Source: Macrostomum lignano (Eukaryota). From it: a DNA stretch of 64,000 nucleotides. The DNA is taken from the NCBI GenBank assembly GCA_002269645.1, contig NIVC01000767.1, positions 175,840-239,839 on the forward strand. The letters run 5' to 3'. This document shows positions 14,122 to 26,843 of the stretch, one piece after another (positions within the stretch are counted from its first letter, which is position 1; each line of letters begins with the position of its first letter). The notes beneath the pieces are model-generated. The model saw nothing but the letters and a program-made list of their open reading frames with translations. It searched no databases and was not told the DNA's origin. The translations under genes and the position numbers were made by a program.

Positions 14122-14768
14122 TTATGATGCGGTCCAGTTTCTCTTTGAATTATAGACACAATGATGCGGTCCAGTTTCTCTTTAAATTATAGACACAATG
14201 ATGCGGTCCAGTTTCTCTTTGAACTATAGACACAATGATGCGGTCCAGTTTCTCTTTGAACTATAGACACAATGATGCGGTCCAGTTTCTCTTTGAATTA
14301 TAGACACAATGATGCGGTCCAGTTTCTCTTTGAACCATAGACACAATGATGCGGTCCAGTTTCTCTTTGAACTATAAACACAATGATGCGGTCCAGTTCG
14401 TCTTTGAACTATAGACACAATGATGCGGTCCAGTTCGTCTTTGAACTATAGACACAATGATGCGGTCCAGTTCGTCTTTGAACTATAGACACAATGATGC
14501 GGTCCAGTTTCTCTTTGAACTATAGACACAATGATGCGGTCCAGTTCGTCTTTGAACTATAGACACAATGATGCGGTCCAGTTCGTCTTTGAACTATAGA
14601 CACAATGATGCGGTCCAGTTTCTCTTTGAACTATAGACACAATGATGCGGTCCAGTTCGTCTTTGAACTATAGACACAATGATGTGGTCCAGTTCGTCTT
14701 TGAACTATAGACACAATGATGCGGTCCAGTTTCTCTTTGAACTATAGACACAATGATGCGGTCCAGTA
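14122..14768. repeat. 37-bp minisatellite GACACAATGATGCGGTCCAGTTTCTCTTTGAACTATA
   Basis: Tandem copies; shares its 24-bp core with the 11.1-13.2 kb array. Confidence 0.95.
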
Positions 14769-15242
14769 TCTGCTAGTTTTAAAAATAATCATGCTTTTTT
14801 CTTTCCTAAGTGCTTTGTGCGTTCCATTTTCCACAGCTTCCACTGATCATAATTTTGACAAGCTGTCATGGAGAGTTGACGTTTACTTGAAGCAATATTA
14901 GAAGCAGTTATTATTTACTATTATTATACAGCAATTAGTAAAGTACTATTAATTATATCTATATTTTTGTGTCACCTTTTTGAGTCTTACTCTCCATCTC
15001 TACTCGAGTGCAATGCAACAATGGTTTGCTCATTTTATCCGGACCGCGCATGCAAATCTTTCAAGCGGCTTAGTTTTGCTTTTGCATTTTTTTCTGCTGG
15101 CTAATAAAAGTTTATAACTTTTCGGATTGTTGCGGAATATTCTCTAAGTAGTGACTGCATTTTTGCTGTTTGGATAAATTTTATTGAACAAGCAAGAGTT
15201 TGCGACTTTTAATTCTTTGTTCTTTGTCAGTGATAATTGTGT

Positions 15243-15448
15243 AAGTCATGCGGATTGTGTGGGGTCATGCGGATTGTGTGGGGTCATGCGGATTGTGTGG
15301 GGTCATGCGGATTGTGTGGGGTCATGCGGATTGTGTGGGGTCATGCGGATTGTGTGGGGTCATGCGGATTGTGTGGGGTCATGCGAATTGTGTGGGGTCA
15401 TGCGGATTGTGTGGGGTCATGCGGATTGTGTGGGGTCATGCGGATTGT
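15243..15448. repeat. 19-bp minisatellite CATGCGGATTGTGTGGGGT
   Basis: Tandem copies. Confidence 0.92.
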
Positions 15449-16064
15449 TTGAAGTTCCATTCCGAGGCTTTCAGAGCTCAGCTCAAATAGAAGTCAAAGC
15501 CTGAAATATCCTTGGAGCAGATGTTTTCACTATAAAATATTTAAAGATTTGCACATCTGCGAGAATTCGGCATCTGGAAATTACTGGAATTGAAAATAAG
15601 AGTCAATGAGAAAGCATTTTATTTTTCATAATTCTCAAGCTCGAATAACTGATGGCTGCAAGTACTTAAAAAGGACCGAACAGTCTGTCGTTACGAGCGA
15701 TATAGCAAATAATGCTTGATTTATGATCCCTTGCACGTCATGCTCTTCTCAATCAGGCGGGGCTGGAATTTAGCTTTAAAATAATCCGTTCGCTCCCCCC
15801 GGATAACCCCGGGCTTAATGCGCTGTCGCGTGCGTGTTGAAAATTCAGTCTCCGGCATGCTGCTGCTGGCGTCATGCTGAGATGTAATAAGTAGCGATGC
15901 GCGCATTTCAAAGGCTCTCGCCCAGGCGATCGTGTTCCTGAGGTGACCCCGAAGAGATCCCCCTTTCTCAGTCATTTGGATACTGAGACACCGAAACCCT
16001 GAACTCTACATGTATGTTTAGGCAGGAACTGGAGACTACTGTGGCAGTTATTTGTCTGAAAATA

Positions 16065-16815
16065 AACCCCGATCCCGATAGCTCCCCTCCCGATGGCTCC
16101 CCCTCCCGATAGCTCCCCTCCGATGGCCCCCCCTCCCGATGGCTCCCCTCCCGATGGCTCCCCCTCCCGATAGCTCCCCCTCCCGATGGCCCCCCTCCCG
16201 ATGGCTCCCCCTCTCGATGGCTCCCCCTCCCGATAGCTCCCCCTCCCGATTGCTCCCCCTCCCGATAGCTCCCCCTCCCGATGGCTCCCCTCTCGATGGC
16301 TCCCCCTCCCGATAGCTCCCCCTCCCGATGGCTCCCCCACTCGATGACTCCCCATCCCGATAGCTCCCACTCCCAATGGCTCCTCCTCCCGATAGCTCCC
16401 CTCCGATGGCTCCCCTCCCGATAGCTCCCCCTCCGATGGCTCCCCCTCTCGATGGCTCCCCCTCCGATAGCTCCCCCTCCCGATGGCTCCCCCTCTCGAT
16501 GGCTCCCCCTCCCGATGGCTCCCCCTCCCGATAGCTCCCCCTCCCGATGGCTCCCCCTCTCGATGGCTCCCCCTCCCGATAGCTCCCCCTCCCGATGGCT
16601 CCCCCTCTCGATGGCCCCCCTCCCGATAGCTCCCCCTCTCGATGGCTTCCCCTCCCGATAGCTCCCCCTCCCGATAGCTCCCCCTCCCGATAGCTCCCCC
16701 TCTCGATGGCTCCCCCTCCCGATAGCTCCCCCTCTCGATAGCTCCCCCTCCCGATAGCTCCCCCTCTCGATGGCTCCCCCTCCCGATGGCTCCCTACCGA
16801 TGGCTCCCTACCGAT
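16065..16815. repeat. C-rich ~17-18-bp minisatellite CTCCCCCTCCCGAT(A/G)G
   Basis: Tandem copies; G-rich on the minus strand. Confidence 0.92.
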
Positions 16816-16994
16816 GGTTTTCCTCCCGATGGCTGCCCCATGGCACCCCTACGATGGCGCCTTCGGATGGCCTTTCCCAATAGCGTCTCTCACGATGGTG
16901 CATTCCGATGGCGCCCCTGCTACTGATCGAGCCTCGGCCTCGCCAATCAAGAGTCCTGGCTAAGCTCTTGCACCAGGAAAAACCGACAGACCAC

Positions 16995-17850
16995 TGAGAC
17001 AGATGGACACACTGAGAATAGATGGACACACACTGAGAATAGATGGACACAAACTGAGAATAGATGGACACACACTGAGGATGGAGGGACACACACTGAG
17101 GATAGATGGACACACACTGAGAATAGATGGACACACACTGAGGATAGATGGACACACACTGAGGATGGAGGGACACACACTGAGGATAGATGGACACACA
17201 CTGAGGATGGAAGGACACACACTGAGGATGGATGGACACACACTGAGGATGGAGGGACACACACTGAGGATGGAGGGACACACACTGAGGATGGAGGGAC
17301 ACACACTGAGGATAGATGGACACACACTGAGAATAGATGGACACAAACTGAGAATAGATGGACACACACTGAGGATGGAGGGACACACACTGAGGATAGA
17401 TGGACACACACTGAGAATAGATGGACACACACTGAGGATGGAGGGACACACACTGAGGATAGATGGACACACACTGAGAATAGATGGACACACACTGAGG
17501 ATAGATGGACACACACTGAGGATGGAGGGACACACACTGAGGATAGATGGACACACACTGAGGATGGAAGGACACACACTGAGGATGGATGGACACACAC
17601 TGAGGATGGAGGGACACACACTGAGGATAGATGGACACACACTGAGAATAGATGGACACACACTGAGGATAGATGGACACACAGAGGATGGAAGGACACA
17701 CACTGAGGATAGATGGACACACACTGAGGATGGAAGGACACACACTGAGAATAGATGGACACACACTGAGGATAGATGGACACACACTGAGGATGGACGG
17801 ACACACACTGAGTATATATCGACACAAACTGAGGATATAAGGACACACTG
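16995..17850. repeat. 21-bp minisatellite GATGGACACACACTGAGGATA
   Basis: Tandem copies; gives the LRIDGHT repeat ORF. Confidence 0.93.
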
Positions 17851-18121
17851 ATCTATAGAAATCTGCTAGTTCGAAAATCCTGTTAATTACATGCACGAGT
17901 AATGATTAAAACAAAGGCCATTATTTGTAGCGTAGCATCTCATTAAACAGTAAATAAACAGTAAAAGACCACAGTAAACAGCTACCCAGCGGGGGATGAG
18001 AGCAAGCCTAGAACCACTGTCTAGTTACTCAGCTCATACAGTTGAGTCGCCTGTCTTTCTCCGTGACCTTATATTAATTAATTACTCATCAGGATGAAGA
18101 ATGTGGTCTTGCAGGACTGCG

Positions 18122-18122
18122 A

Positions 18123-18171
<49 letters not shown>

Positions 18172-18192
18172 CACAGACAGACAGACAGACAC

Positions 18193-18223
<31 letters not shown>

Positions 18224-18224
18224 C

Positions 18225-18255
<31 letters not shown>

Positions 18256-18264
18256 CACAGACAC

Positions 18265-18298
<34 letters not shown>

Positions 18299-18302
18299 GC
18301 TA

Positions 18303-18338
<36 letters not shown>

Positions 18339-18342
18339 GCTA

Positions 18343-18417
<75 letters not shown>

Positions 18418-18418
18418 T
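18122..18418. repeat. (GACA)n microsatellite with GCTAAG interruptions
   Basis: Read directly. Confidence 0.95.
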
Positions 18419-18984
18419 CCAGCGGCAGTGCGGACAGCCCGAGCGCAGCATCCGGCCACCTGTCACTCTTTCGGCCAGCCCCTCCCCAGTCATCCTCCCT
18501 TATCTTTTTATCCGCTTCATATTTTCGATAATATTAAAAGCCGAAAAATATTGTCTGCGATGGGCTTGCGGTTTATTTATACATTTGACGCTTGGCTGAG
18601 GAGTTTCGCAGCGCCGTTAGAGGGATTTTATCTGATTGCAATAAAAAAAATCCTCAGTTGTTTCATCCCTGCTGAATGGGAAAAAAACGCTTTGAAATTT
18701 AAAACCAAGCCTGTTGGATCGGAGTAGCGCGTGATTATTTTTTGCGATGAGGGGCTCGGGAAGCTGTGTTTTGCGCTTATTAAAGAGTGAAAAATAAATA
18801 TTCTGACTTTTACGCACTGAATGTGCACTTGCTCTTGGGATTACAGGAATATGACAGTTTTAAACAAAAGCCTATATTTTTGTTAGTTTACGAAGCAATT
18901 TGACAGCGATGCAGAATTCGATGGGTTGAAATTTGAGATATTCTACGAGTGTGTGCAGGTTAGGGTTCTGGTAGACTTTCTAGC

Positions 18985-19432
18985 CTACCAGCTCCTTTCA
19001 GTAGAGCCTACCAGCTCCTTTCAGTAGAGCCTATCAGCTCTTCTCAGTAGAGCCCACCAGCTCCCTTCAGTAGAGCCTACCAGCTCCTTTCAGTAGAGCC
19101 TATCAGCTCTTCTCAGTAGAGCCTACCAGCTCCTCTCAGTAGAGCCTACCAGCTCCTCTCAGTAGAGCCTACCAGCTCCCTTCAGTAGAGCCTACCAGCT
19201 CCTTTCAGTAGAGCCTACCAGATCCTCTCAGTAGAGCCTATCAGCTCCCTTCAGTAGAGCCTACCAGCTCCTCTCAGTAGAGCCTACCAGCTCCCTTCAG
19301 TAGAGCCTACCAGCTCCTCTCAGTAGAGCCTATCAGCTCCCTTCAGTAGAGCCTACCAGCTCCTCTCAGTAGAGCCTATCAGCTCCCTTCAGTAGAGCCT
19401 ACCAGCTCCTCTCAGTAGAGCCTACCAGCTCC
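18985..19432. repeat. 23-bp minisatellite TCAGTAGAGCCTACCAGCTCC(C/T)T
   Basis: Tandem copies. Confidence 0.92.
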
Positions 19433-19550
19433 CCGCATATTTGAGCCTCACAGTACATTACAACTCAAAGTAGCAACCTAAACTCCATCGATAAAGCATC
19501 TCAATCTTTCTAATTACAGAATCAGTATTAATCCTCAGTTCTGTAACAAA

Positions 19551-20006
19551 TTATTCAACTTTCTGTTGTTCATCCTCGGCCGCGGACTGGTTGGTGCAGT
19601 GGTCGGCCGTCACCGACACCGCGGTCAGCGGCTCCAGCTCCGCCTCGACGATCGCTTCGCAGATTTCGGCGTACTTGTGGAATGACAGAAACCCGGCGGT
19701 CACCATGCCCTCGAGGGTCTTCATCTCCTTCTTGGCGTCGGTGGACAGGTTGCTGGGGATCGGCTTGAAGCTCCAGCGACCCTCATGCGGCTGCTGCTGC
19801 GACTGCCGCTGCCTGGAAGAGCGCTTCCGCTGCTGCCGCTGCAGATCCTTGCTGTTGCTGCTGCTGCTAGAAGCTGCCAAAGCGACGTCAATGGAACGGC
19901 AATTATCTCTGCCCCTGCAGCTGCTGGTGTTGCTTTTGCCGCCGCCGCTGCTGCCATGGTTGTTGCTGCCCGGCTGCTTGGAGATGCACTGCAGAACCAG
20001 ACCCAT
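19551..20006 (-). CDS. Hypothetical ~151-aa protein; low-complexity N-half, SHOCT/DMAP1-binding-like helical hairpin in the C-half
   Basis: GC-rich non-repeat ORF with the same codon style as the neighbouring exons. Starts MGLVLQCISKQ and contains LSTDAKKEMKTLEGMVTAGFLSFHKYAEICEAIV. Stop at 19551-19553. Confidence 0.55.
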   Translation of the reverse strand: MGLVLQCISKQPGSNNHGSSGGGKSNTSSCRGRDNCRSIDVALAASSSSSNSKDLQRQQRKRSSRQRQSQQQPHEGRWSFKPIPSNLSTDAKKEMKTLEGMVTAGFLSFHKYAEICEAIVEAELEPLTAVSVTADHCTNQSAAEDEQQKVE

Positions 20007-20104
20007 CATGCCTTGGCGGGGTGGCAAAATTTGATTTAGCCGCGTAAAATATTAGTGTAGTAGTTTAAGGCAATGGTGAATGAGATGCGGTTCCTCATCG
20101 GGTC

Positions 20105-20520
20105 TCTTCTCATCAGTAAACGGGGATTCTTCAGTAAATGGGGATTCTTATCAGTAAATGGGGATTCTCATCAGTAAAATGGGATTCTCATCAGTAAAAT
20201 GGGGATTCTTATCAGTAAATGGGGATTCTCATCAGTAAAATGGGGATTCTTATCAGTAAATGGGGATTCTTATCAGTAAATGGGGATTCTTATCAGTAAA
20301 TGGGGATTCTCATCAGTAAATGGGGATTCTTATCAGTAAATGGGGATTCTCATCAGTAAAATGGGGATTCTTATCAGTAAATGGGGATTCTTATCAGTAA
20401 ATGGGGATTCTTATCAGTAAATGGGGATTCCCATCAGTAAATGGAGATTCCTATCAGTAAATGGAAATTCCCATCAGTAAATGAGGATTTCCATCAGTGA
20501 ATAAAGTTTTCCTATCAAGA
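20105..20520. repeat. 20-bp minisatellite ATCAGTAAATGGGGATTCTT
   Basis: Tandem copies. Confidence 0.9.
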
Positions 20521-20949
20521 AATGAAGTTTCCCATCAACATTTTGTCCCCCAAATCTTCCCATTAATAAATGATAAGACTTCCCATCTTCAGCCTCATCA
20601 GCAAAGTCTCTGCAGCTTCTCTGAAGAGCAGGGACTGTCTTTAATCGGGTAATGACAACAGAAAGTTGCTTGCTAATCTCATGGAGATCCTTTCTTATCA
20701 GACGATTGCATAATTTAAAATTGAATACTTAGAAACCTGCTGATCATGGATTAACTTTCAATGGCTAGGCTAAGACGCCACCGGAGTCCTTGAGATTTTT
20801 GACAGCTCGAGAACGGCAAAGCGACTTAAAGTCAGCCTAAATTTGACTACTTAAGGATTAAAAGGGCGAGCTGTCTCATTTATGTTTTATCCTCCACACA
20901 GGCCTCGTAAAAAATAAAGTTAAAGCTGTACTAGCACTACCGACAATAA

Positions 20950-21597
20950 AAATCAGAAACTGGACCGCATCATTGCAGCTGTGCTATCATAAATCAGAAA
21001 CTGGACCGCATCATTGCAGCTGTGCTATCATAAATCAGAAACTGGACCGCATCATTGCAGCTGTGCTATCATAAATCAGAAACTGGACCGCATCATTGCA
21101 GCTGTGCTATCATAAATCAGAAACTGGACCGCATCATTGCAGCTGTGCTATCATAAATCAGAAACTGGACCGCATCATTGCAGCTGTGCTATCATAAATC
21201 AGAAACTGGACCGCATCATTGCAGCTGTGCTATCATAAATCAGAAACTGGACCGCATCATTGCAGCTGTGCTATCATAAATCAGAAACTGGACCGCATCA
21301 TTGCAGCTGTGCTATCATAAATCAGAAACTGGACCGCATCATTGCAGCTGTGCTATCATAAATCAGAAACTGGACCGCATCATTGCAGCTGTGCTATCAT
21401 AAATCAGAAACTGGACCGCATCATTGCAGCTGTGCTATCATAAATCAGAAACTGGACCGCATCATTGCAGCTGTGTTATCATAAATCAGAAACTGGACCG
21501 CATCATTGCAGCTGTGTTATCATAAATCAGAAACTGGACCGCATCATTGCAGCTGTGCTATCATAAATCAGAAACTGGACCGCATCATTGCAGCTTT
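20950..21597. repeat. 41-bp minisatellite CAGAAACTGGACCGCATCATTGCAGCTGTGCTATCATAAAT
   Basis: Near-identical tandem copies; contains the reverse complement of the core CAATGATGCGGTCCAGTTTC. Confidence 0.95.
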
Positions 21598-21989
21598 ACT
21601 CAAAGCTACATATGTATAAATCCAAAATAGATAGGGTTTTCAACAAACCATTACAAATCAGTAGAATCAAAAAACTAACTCACCTGTTGGCATAATCAGA
21701 GGGAAGTTGCTACTTTATACTATTAGACTGTTGCAAATTTCACCGTGCAGTTAGTGGCGATGCGGTTAGCCGGCTTCGGGAGATTCTAATTTGTAGCGGG
21801 TGGAAGCGAGAATGCCTTTGAAAAATAGCTCTCCAACTTTCATAAGGACATTCAGAGCCAATGAGACCCGCATGCATCGAGAATTCCTTCAGCGAATGAG
21901 CACTCAACTCGCTAAAGGGGCAGCTGAGTGCTACTTATATAAGTAGCTTAAATGCGCATGACGTGCCTCAGACTCCATTAGAATCTGGG

Positions 21990-24170
21990 AGGCTGGCGGT
22001 GGCCCAGCAACTGGCATGGTGATCTGGGAGAGTTTGATGTGGCCCTGAGGATCTGGGAGGGTTTGATGTGGCCCTGAGGATCTGGGAGGGTTTGATGTGG
22101 CCCTGAGGATCTGGGAGGGTTTGAGGTGGCCCAGAAACTGAGGATCTGGTAGGGTTTGAGGTGGCCCTGAGGATCTGGGAGGATTTGAGGTGGCCCTGGT
22201 GATCTGGGAGGATTTGAGGTGGCCCTAAGGATCTGGGAGGGTTTGAGGTGGCCCTGAGGATCTGGGAGGGTTTGAGGTGGCCCTGAGGATCTGGTAGGGT
22301 TTGAGGTGGCCCTGGGGATCTGGGAGGGTTTGAGGTGGCCCTGAGGATCTGGGAGGGTTTGAGGTGGCCCTGGGGATCTGGGAGGGTTTGAGGTGGCCCT
22401 GAGGATCTGGAAGGGTTTGAGGTGGCCCTGAGGATCTAGGAGCTAGGGTTTGAGGTGGCCCTGGGGATCTGGGAGGATTTGAGGTGGCCCTGAGGATCTG
22501 AGAGGGTTTGAGGTGGCCCTGGGGATCTGGGAGGATTTGAGGTGGCCCTGAGGATCTGAGAGGGTTTGAGGTGGCCCTGAGGATCTGGGAGCTAGGGTTT
22601 GAGGTGGCCCTGAGGATCTGGAAGGGTTTGAGGTGGCCCTGAGGATCTGGGAGGGTTTGAGGTGGCCCTGGGGATCTGGGAGCTAGGGTTTGAGGTGGCC
22701 CTGAGGATCTGGGAGGGTTTGAGGTGGCCATGAGGATCTGGGAGCTAGGGTTTGAGGTGGCCCTGAGTATCTGGGAGGGTTTGAGGTGGCCATGAGGATC
22801 TGGGAGCTAGGGTTTGAGGTGGCCCTGAGGATCTGGGAGGGTTTGAGGTGGCCATGAGGATCTGGGAGCTAGGCTTTGAGGTTGCCCTGAGGATCTGGAA
22901 GGGCTTGAGGTGGCCCTGGGGATCTGGGAGCTAGGGTTTGAGGTGGCCCTGAGTATCTGGGAGGGTTTGAGGTGGCCATGAGGATCTGGGAGCTAGGGTT
23001 TGAGGTGGCCCTGAGGATCTGGGAGGGTTTGAGGTGGCCATGAGGATCTGGGAGCTAGGCTTTGAGGTTGCCCTGAGGATCTGGAAGGGCTTGAGGTGGC
23101 CCTGGGGATCTGGGAGCTAGGGTTTGAGGTGGCCCTGAGGATCTGGGAGGGTTTGAGGTGGCCATGAGGATCTGGGAGCTAGGGTTTGAGGTGGCCCTGA
23201 GGATCTGGAAGGGTTTGAGGTGGCCCTGAGGATCTGGGAGGGTTTGAGGTGGCCCTGGGATCTGGGAGCTAGGGTTTGAGGTGGCCATGAGGATCTGGGA
23301 GGGTTTGAGGTGGCCCTGGGGATCTGGGAGCTAGGGTTTGAGGTGGCCCTGAGGATCTGGAAGGGTTTGAGGTGGCCCTGAGGATCTGGGAGGGTTTGAG
23401 GTGGCCCTGGGGATCTGGGAGCTAGGGTTTGAGGTGGCCCTGAGGATCTGGGAGGGTTTGAGGTTGCCCTGAGGATCTGGAAGGGCTTGAGGTGGCCCTG
23501 GGGATCTGGGAGCTAGGGTTTGAGGTGGCCCTGAGGATCTGGGAGGGTTTGAGGTGGCCATGAGGATCTGGGAGCTAGGGTTTGAGGTGGCCCTGAGGAT
23601 CTGGAAGGGTTTGAGGTGGCCCTGAGGATCTGGGAGGGTTTGAGGTGGCCCTGGGGATCTGGGAGCTAGGGTTTGAGGTGGCCATGAGGATCTGGGAGGG
23701 TTTGAGGTGGCCCTGGGGATCTGGGAGCTAGGGTTTGAGGTGGCCCTGAGGATCTGGAAGGGTTTGAGGTGGCCCTGAGGATCTGGGAGGGTTTGAGGTG
23801 GCCCTGGGGATCTGGGAGCTAGGGTTTGAGGTGGCCCTGAGGATCTGGGAGGGTTTGAGGTGGCCCTGAGGATCTGGTAGGGTTTGAGGTGGCCCTGGGG
23901 ATCTGGGAGGGTTTGAGGTGGCCCTGAGGATCTGGGAGCTAGGGTTTGAGGTGGCCCTGGGGATCTGGGAGGGCTTGAGGTGGCCCTGGGGATCTGGGAG
24001 GGCTTGAGGTGGCCCTAGGGATCTATGAGGGTTTGAGGTGGCCCTGCATGAGGATCTGGGAGGGTTTGAGGTGGCCCTGAAGAACTTGGAGGGTTTGAGG
24101 TGGCCCAGCAACTGAGGATCTGGGAGGGTTTAAGTTGGCCCAGCAACTGAGGATCTGGGAGGGTTGAGAT
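21990..24170. repeat. 29/33-bp minisatellite GAGGATCTGGGAGGGTTTGAGGTGGCCCT
   Basis: Tandem copies with a GCTA-insertion variant. Confidence 0.95.
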
Positions 24171-25084
24171 CTAGAGGTCACCTCTGGGAAGGCACCCCTG
24201 TGCGCCAATCAGCACTGCGCCTCAGTGCAGCCTTGCAAAGCCTCCAAATTTCATCAGCACGTCGACCACACAAGTCTGCATCAGCCCTGACTTCGTTGGT
24301 CACTGGCCTTCACCCAGGCGGAGCTTCTGGACCTTCAAAAGGTGGCACTAGCGTGACTATGGACACCCAGTTGCGAATTTCTCTGATGACCTCACAATTG
24401 CTATGTATCCTCAATCAGTCTCTCAAGCATTCAGTCATCATTCAGACGCTGTCGCCTCCTTCAACGGGAAAATCCTCCCCTGTTGGTTCGACAAGCAGGT
24501 TTTTGGTAATCCTTCTGCAGAAATGAATTTCACAACTAGCAATAAGCGCCGCACAGTGAGCGTGTGTTCCAAGCATTGGATATTGATATAGTTCTAGCCA
24601 ATAAAATACGCACGTACGCTTGTATATTTGATGCAATTATTTCACAAAGCAGATGTTTAAACACCAGCAAGGCTACAGACAGTTGCCAGGGCTCTGTATT
24701 ACAGCAGCATCTGTGCTGCTAGCATGAGCTGCTGCAAAACGACGGCACAAAAATCTGAAGGGGAAACAAGGGCCAAGGGCTAACCGAATATAAAATTATC
24801 TTTTCAATCCCGGGATAATTCATGTCTCAAATTATTCAGCGCAACATCACAGGGTCAATACGCATAACAGGGAGAGTGAATACACAATGAAATAATACAA
24901 ACCGAATACAATTATTAAGACATTAATATTACTATACCAGGGCTTTTACTGAATTTCGTATTCAAAGCAGAAGCTAATTGGCTTGCTTTTAACCACTGAA
25001 ATGAAATTCAATTAGGGCTCTTGCTGCAGCCTGATTAATTATTGATAAGGGAGGCCATTTCTTGCCGCTGCGGTTTGCGGGGAA

Positions 25085-26055
25085 TCTCGGGATGGATAAT
25101 GGCCGAATCTCGGGTGGATAATGGCCGAATCTCGGGGTGGATAATGGCCGAATCTCGGGTGGATAATGGCCGAATCTCGGGTGGATAATGGCCGAATCTC
25201 GGGTGGATAATGGCCGAATCTCGGGTGGATAATGGCCGAATCTCGGGTGGATGATGGCCGAATCTCGGGTGGATAATGGCCGAATCTCGGGGTGGATGAT
25301 GGCCGAATCTCGGGATGGATAATGGCCGAATCTCGGGTGGATAATGGCCGAATCTCGGGGTGGATGATGGCCGAATCTCGGGGTGGATAATGGCCGAATC
25401 TCGGGTGGATAATGGCCGAATCTCGGGTGGATAATGGCCGAATCTCGGGTGGATGATGGCCGAATCTCGGGTGGATGATGGCCGAATCTCGGGTGGATGA
25501 TGGCCGAATCTCGGGTTGATGATGGCCGAATCTCGGGGTGGATGATGGCCGAATCTCGGGTTGATGATGGCCGAATCTCGGGGTGGATGATGGCCGAATC
25601 TCGGGGTGGATGATGGCCGAATCTCGGGTGGATAATGGCCGAATCTCGGGGTGGATGATGGCCGAATCTCGGGTGGATGATGGCCGAATCTCCATGTGGA
25701 TAATGGCCGAATCTCGGGGTAGATGATGGCCGAATCTCGGGGTGGATGATGGCCGAATCTCGGGTGGATAATGGCCGAATCTCGGGGTGGATGATGGCCG
25801 AATCTCGGGTGGATGATGGCCGAATCTCCATGTGGATAATGGCCGAATCTCGGGGTAGATAATGGCCGAATCTCGGGTTGATGATGGCCGAATCTCGGGT
25901 TGATGATGGCCGAATCTCGGGGTGGATGATGGCCGAATCTCGGGTTGATGATGGCCAAATCTCGGGTTGATGATGGCCGAATCTCGGGTTGATGATGGCC
26001 GAATCTCGGGTTGATGATGGCCGAATCTCCATGTGGATAATGGCCGAATCTCTGG
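25085..26055. repeat. 22/23-bp minisatellite GGAT(A/G)ATGGCCGAATCTCGGGT
   Basis: Tandem copies. Confidence 0.95.
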
Positions 26056-26843
26056 GTGGGGATAATTAGTGCCTTAAAAGGTCACTCTGGGGCCCATGGA
26101 GAACACGTAGAAAAACTAATGAATAACTCAATAAAAATATTTCAACATAATTCAGATTGGGATTGGGATTTACACACAAATAATCTCTGACAGAGTTTCT
26201 AATAATTAAGGACGATAAGAAAAGCAGATAAAAAACGGAAAACAAGGTAGGCAACAACGTGCAAAGCAACTGGGAAACACCAAAATAATAAAACAAGGCT
26301 TAAGATTAACGAGGATAAAAGTTGTAAGCGGCTTGCTTGAGTGAGCGAGGTTTAAGACTGAAGGGTGAAAAGCAGATTGTGGGAACACTGCACAGGGTGA
26401 AGTCCCACAGCCGACTTGGCAACGCCCAGGGGCTTCCTAATAACTCTACTAGATTTTGATTGAACAAAGCCCCGACAGGGATATTAAATTAGTAAACGAA
26501 TAAGCCGTGAGAAGCCACAACTGAAGCTTGCAACATCGGGATCAGCGACTTCGCACACGATAACAGAGACAGCAATTAAGTAAGCTTAGTTTAATATATG
26601 TATGTATAGGGCCGCCAAGAATCAACAGTGCAGGACCGTTACTCAAACGCGTGCTTATATAGCAGATGTATAATTAGCATGGTAAATATGTATATAAGTA
26701 TTCATTCATTCAGAGCCAATCTTCAACATCTTCCTGTGTAGTTTTGAAAGCGCCCGAACCGTCCAGTCCAGACGCCTATTATCCTAACAGATAAAAAACT
26801 GTAGTCCTTGCAGGCAGAGCAGAACTTATATCACCCCCCCCCC

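Noticed and set aside
11100-14768. CRISPR-like repeat/spacer appearance
   Set aside because: The spacers are near-identical to one another, there are no cas genes, and the context is a eukaryotic intron
15721-15975. 84-aa minus-strand ORF, plus exon-like bits at 18090-18120, 18420-18480, 20570-20720 and 24160-24520
   Set aside because: No recognisable domain, and I could not link them into a phase-consistent gene
16808-17896. 282-362-aa ORFs on both strands
   Set aside because: Products of the 21-bp minisatellite
21930-21947. Perfect 18-bp palindrome GCTACTTATATAAGTAGC
   Set aside because: Isolated, with no TSD or supporting context
22225-26032. Pro/Ser-rich and RFGHHPP repeat ORFs
   Set aside because: Products of the 29-bp and 22-bp minisatellites
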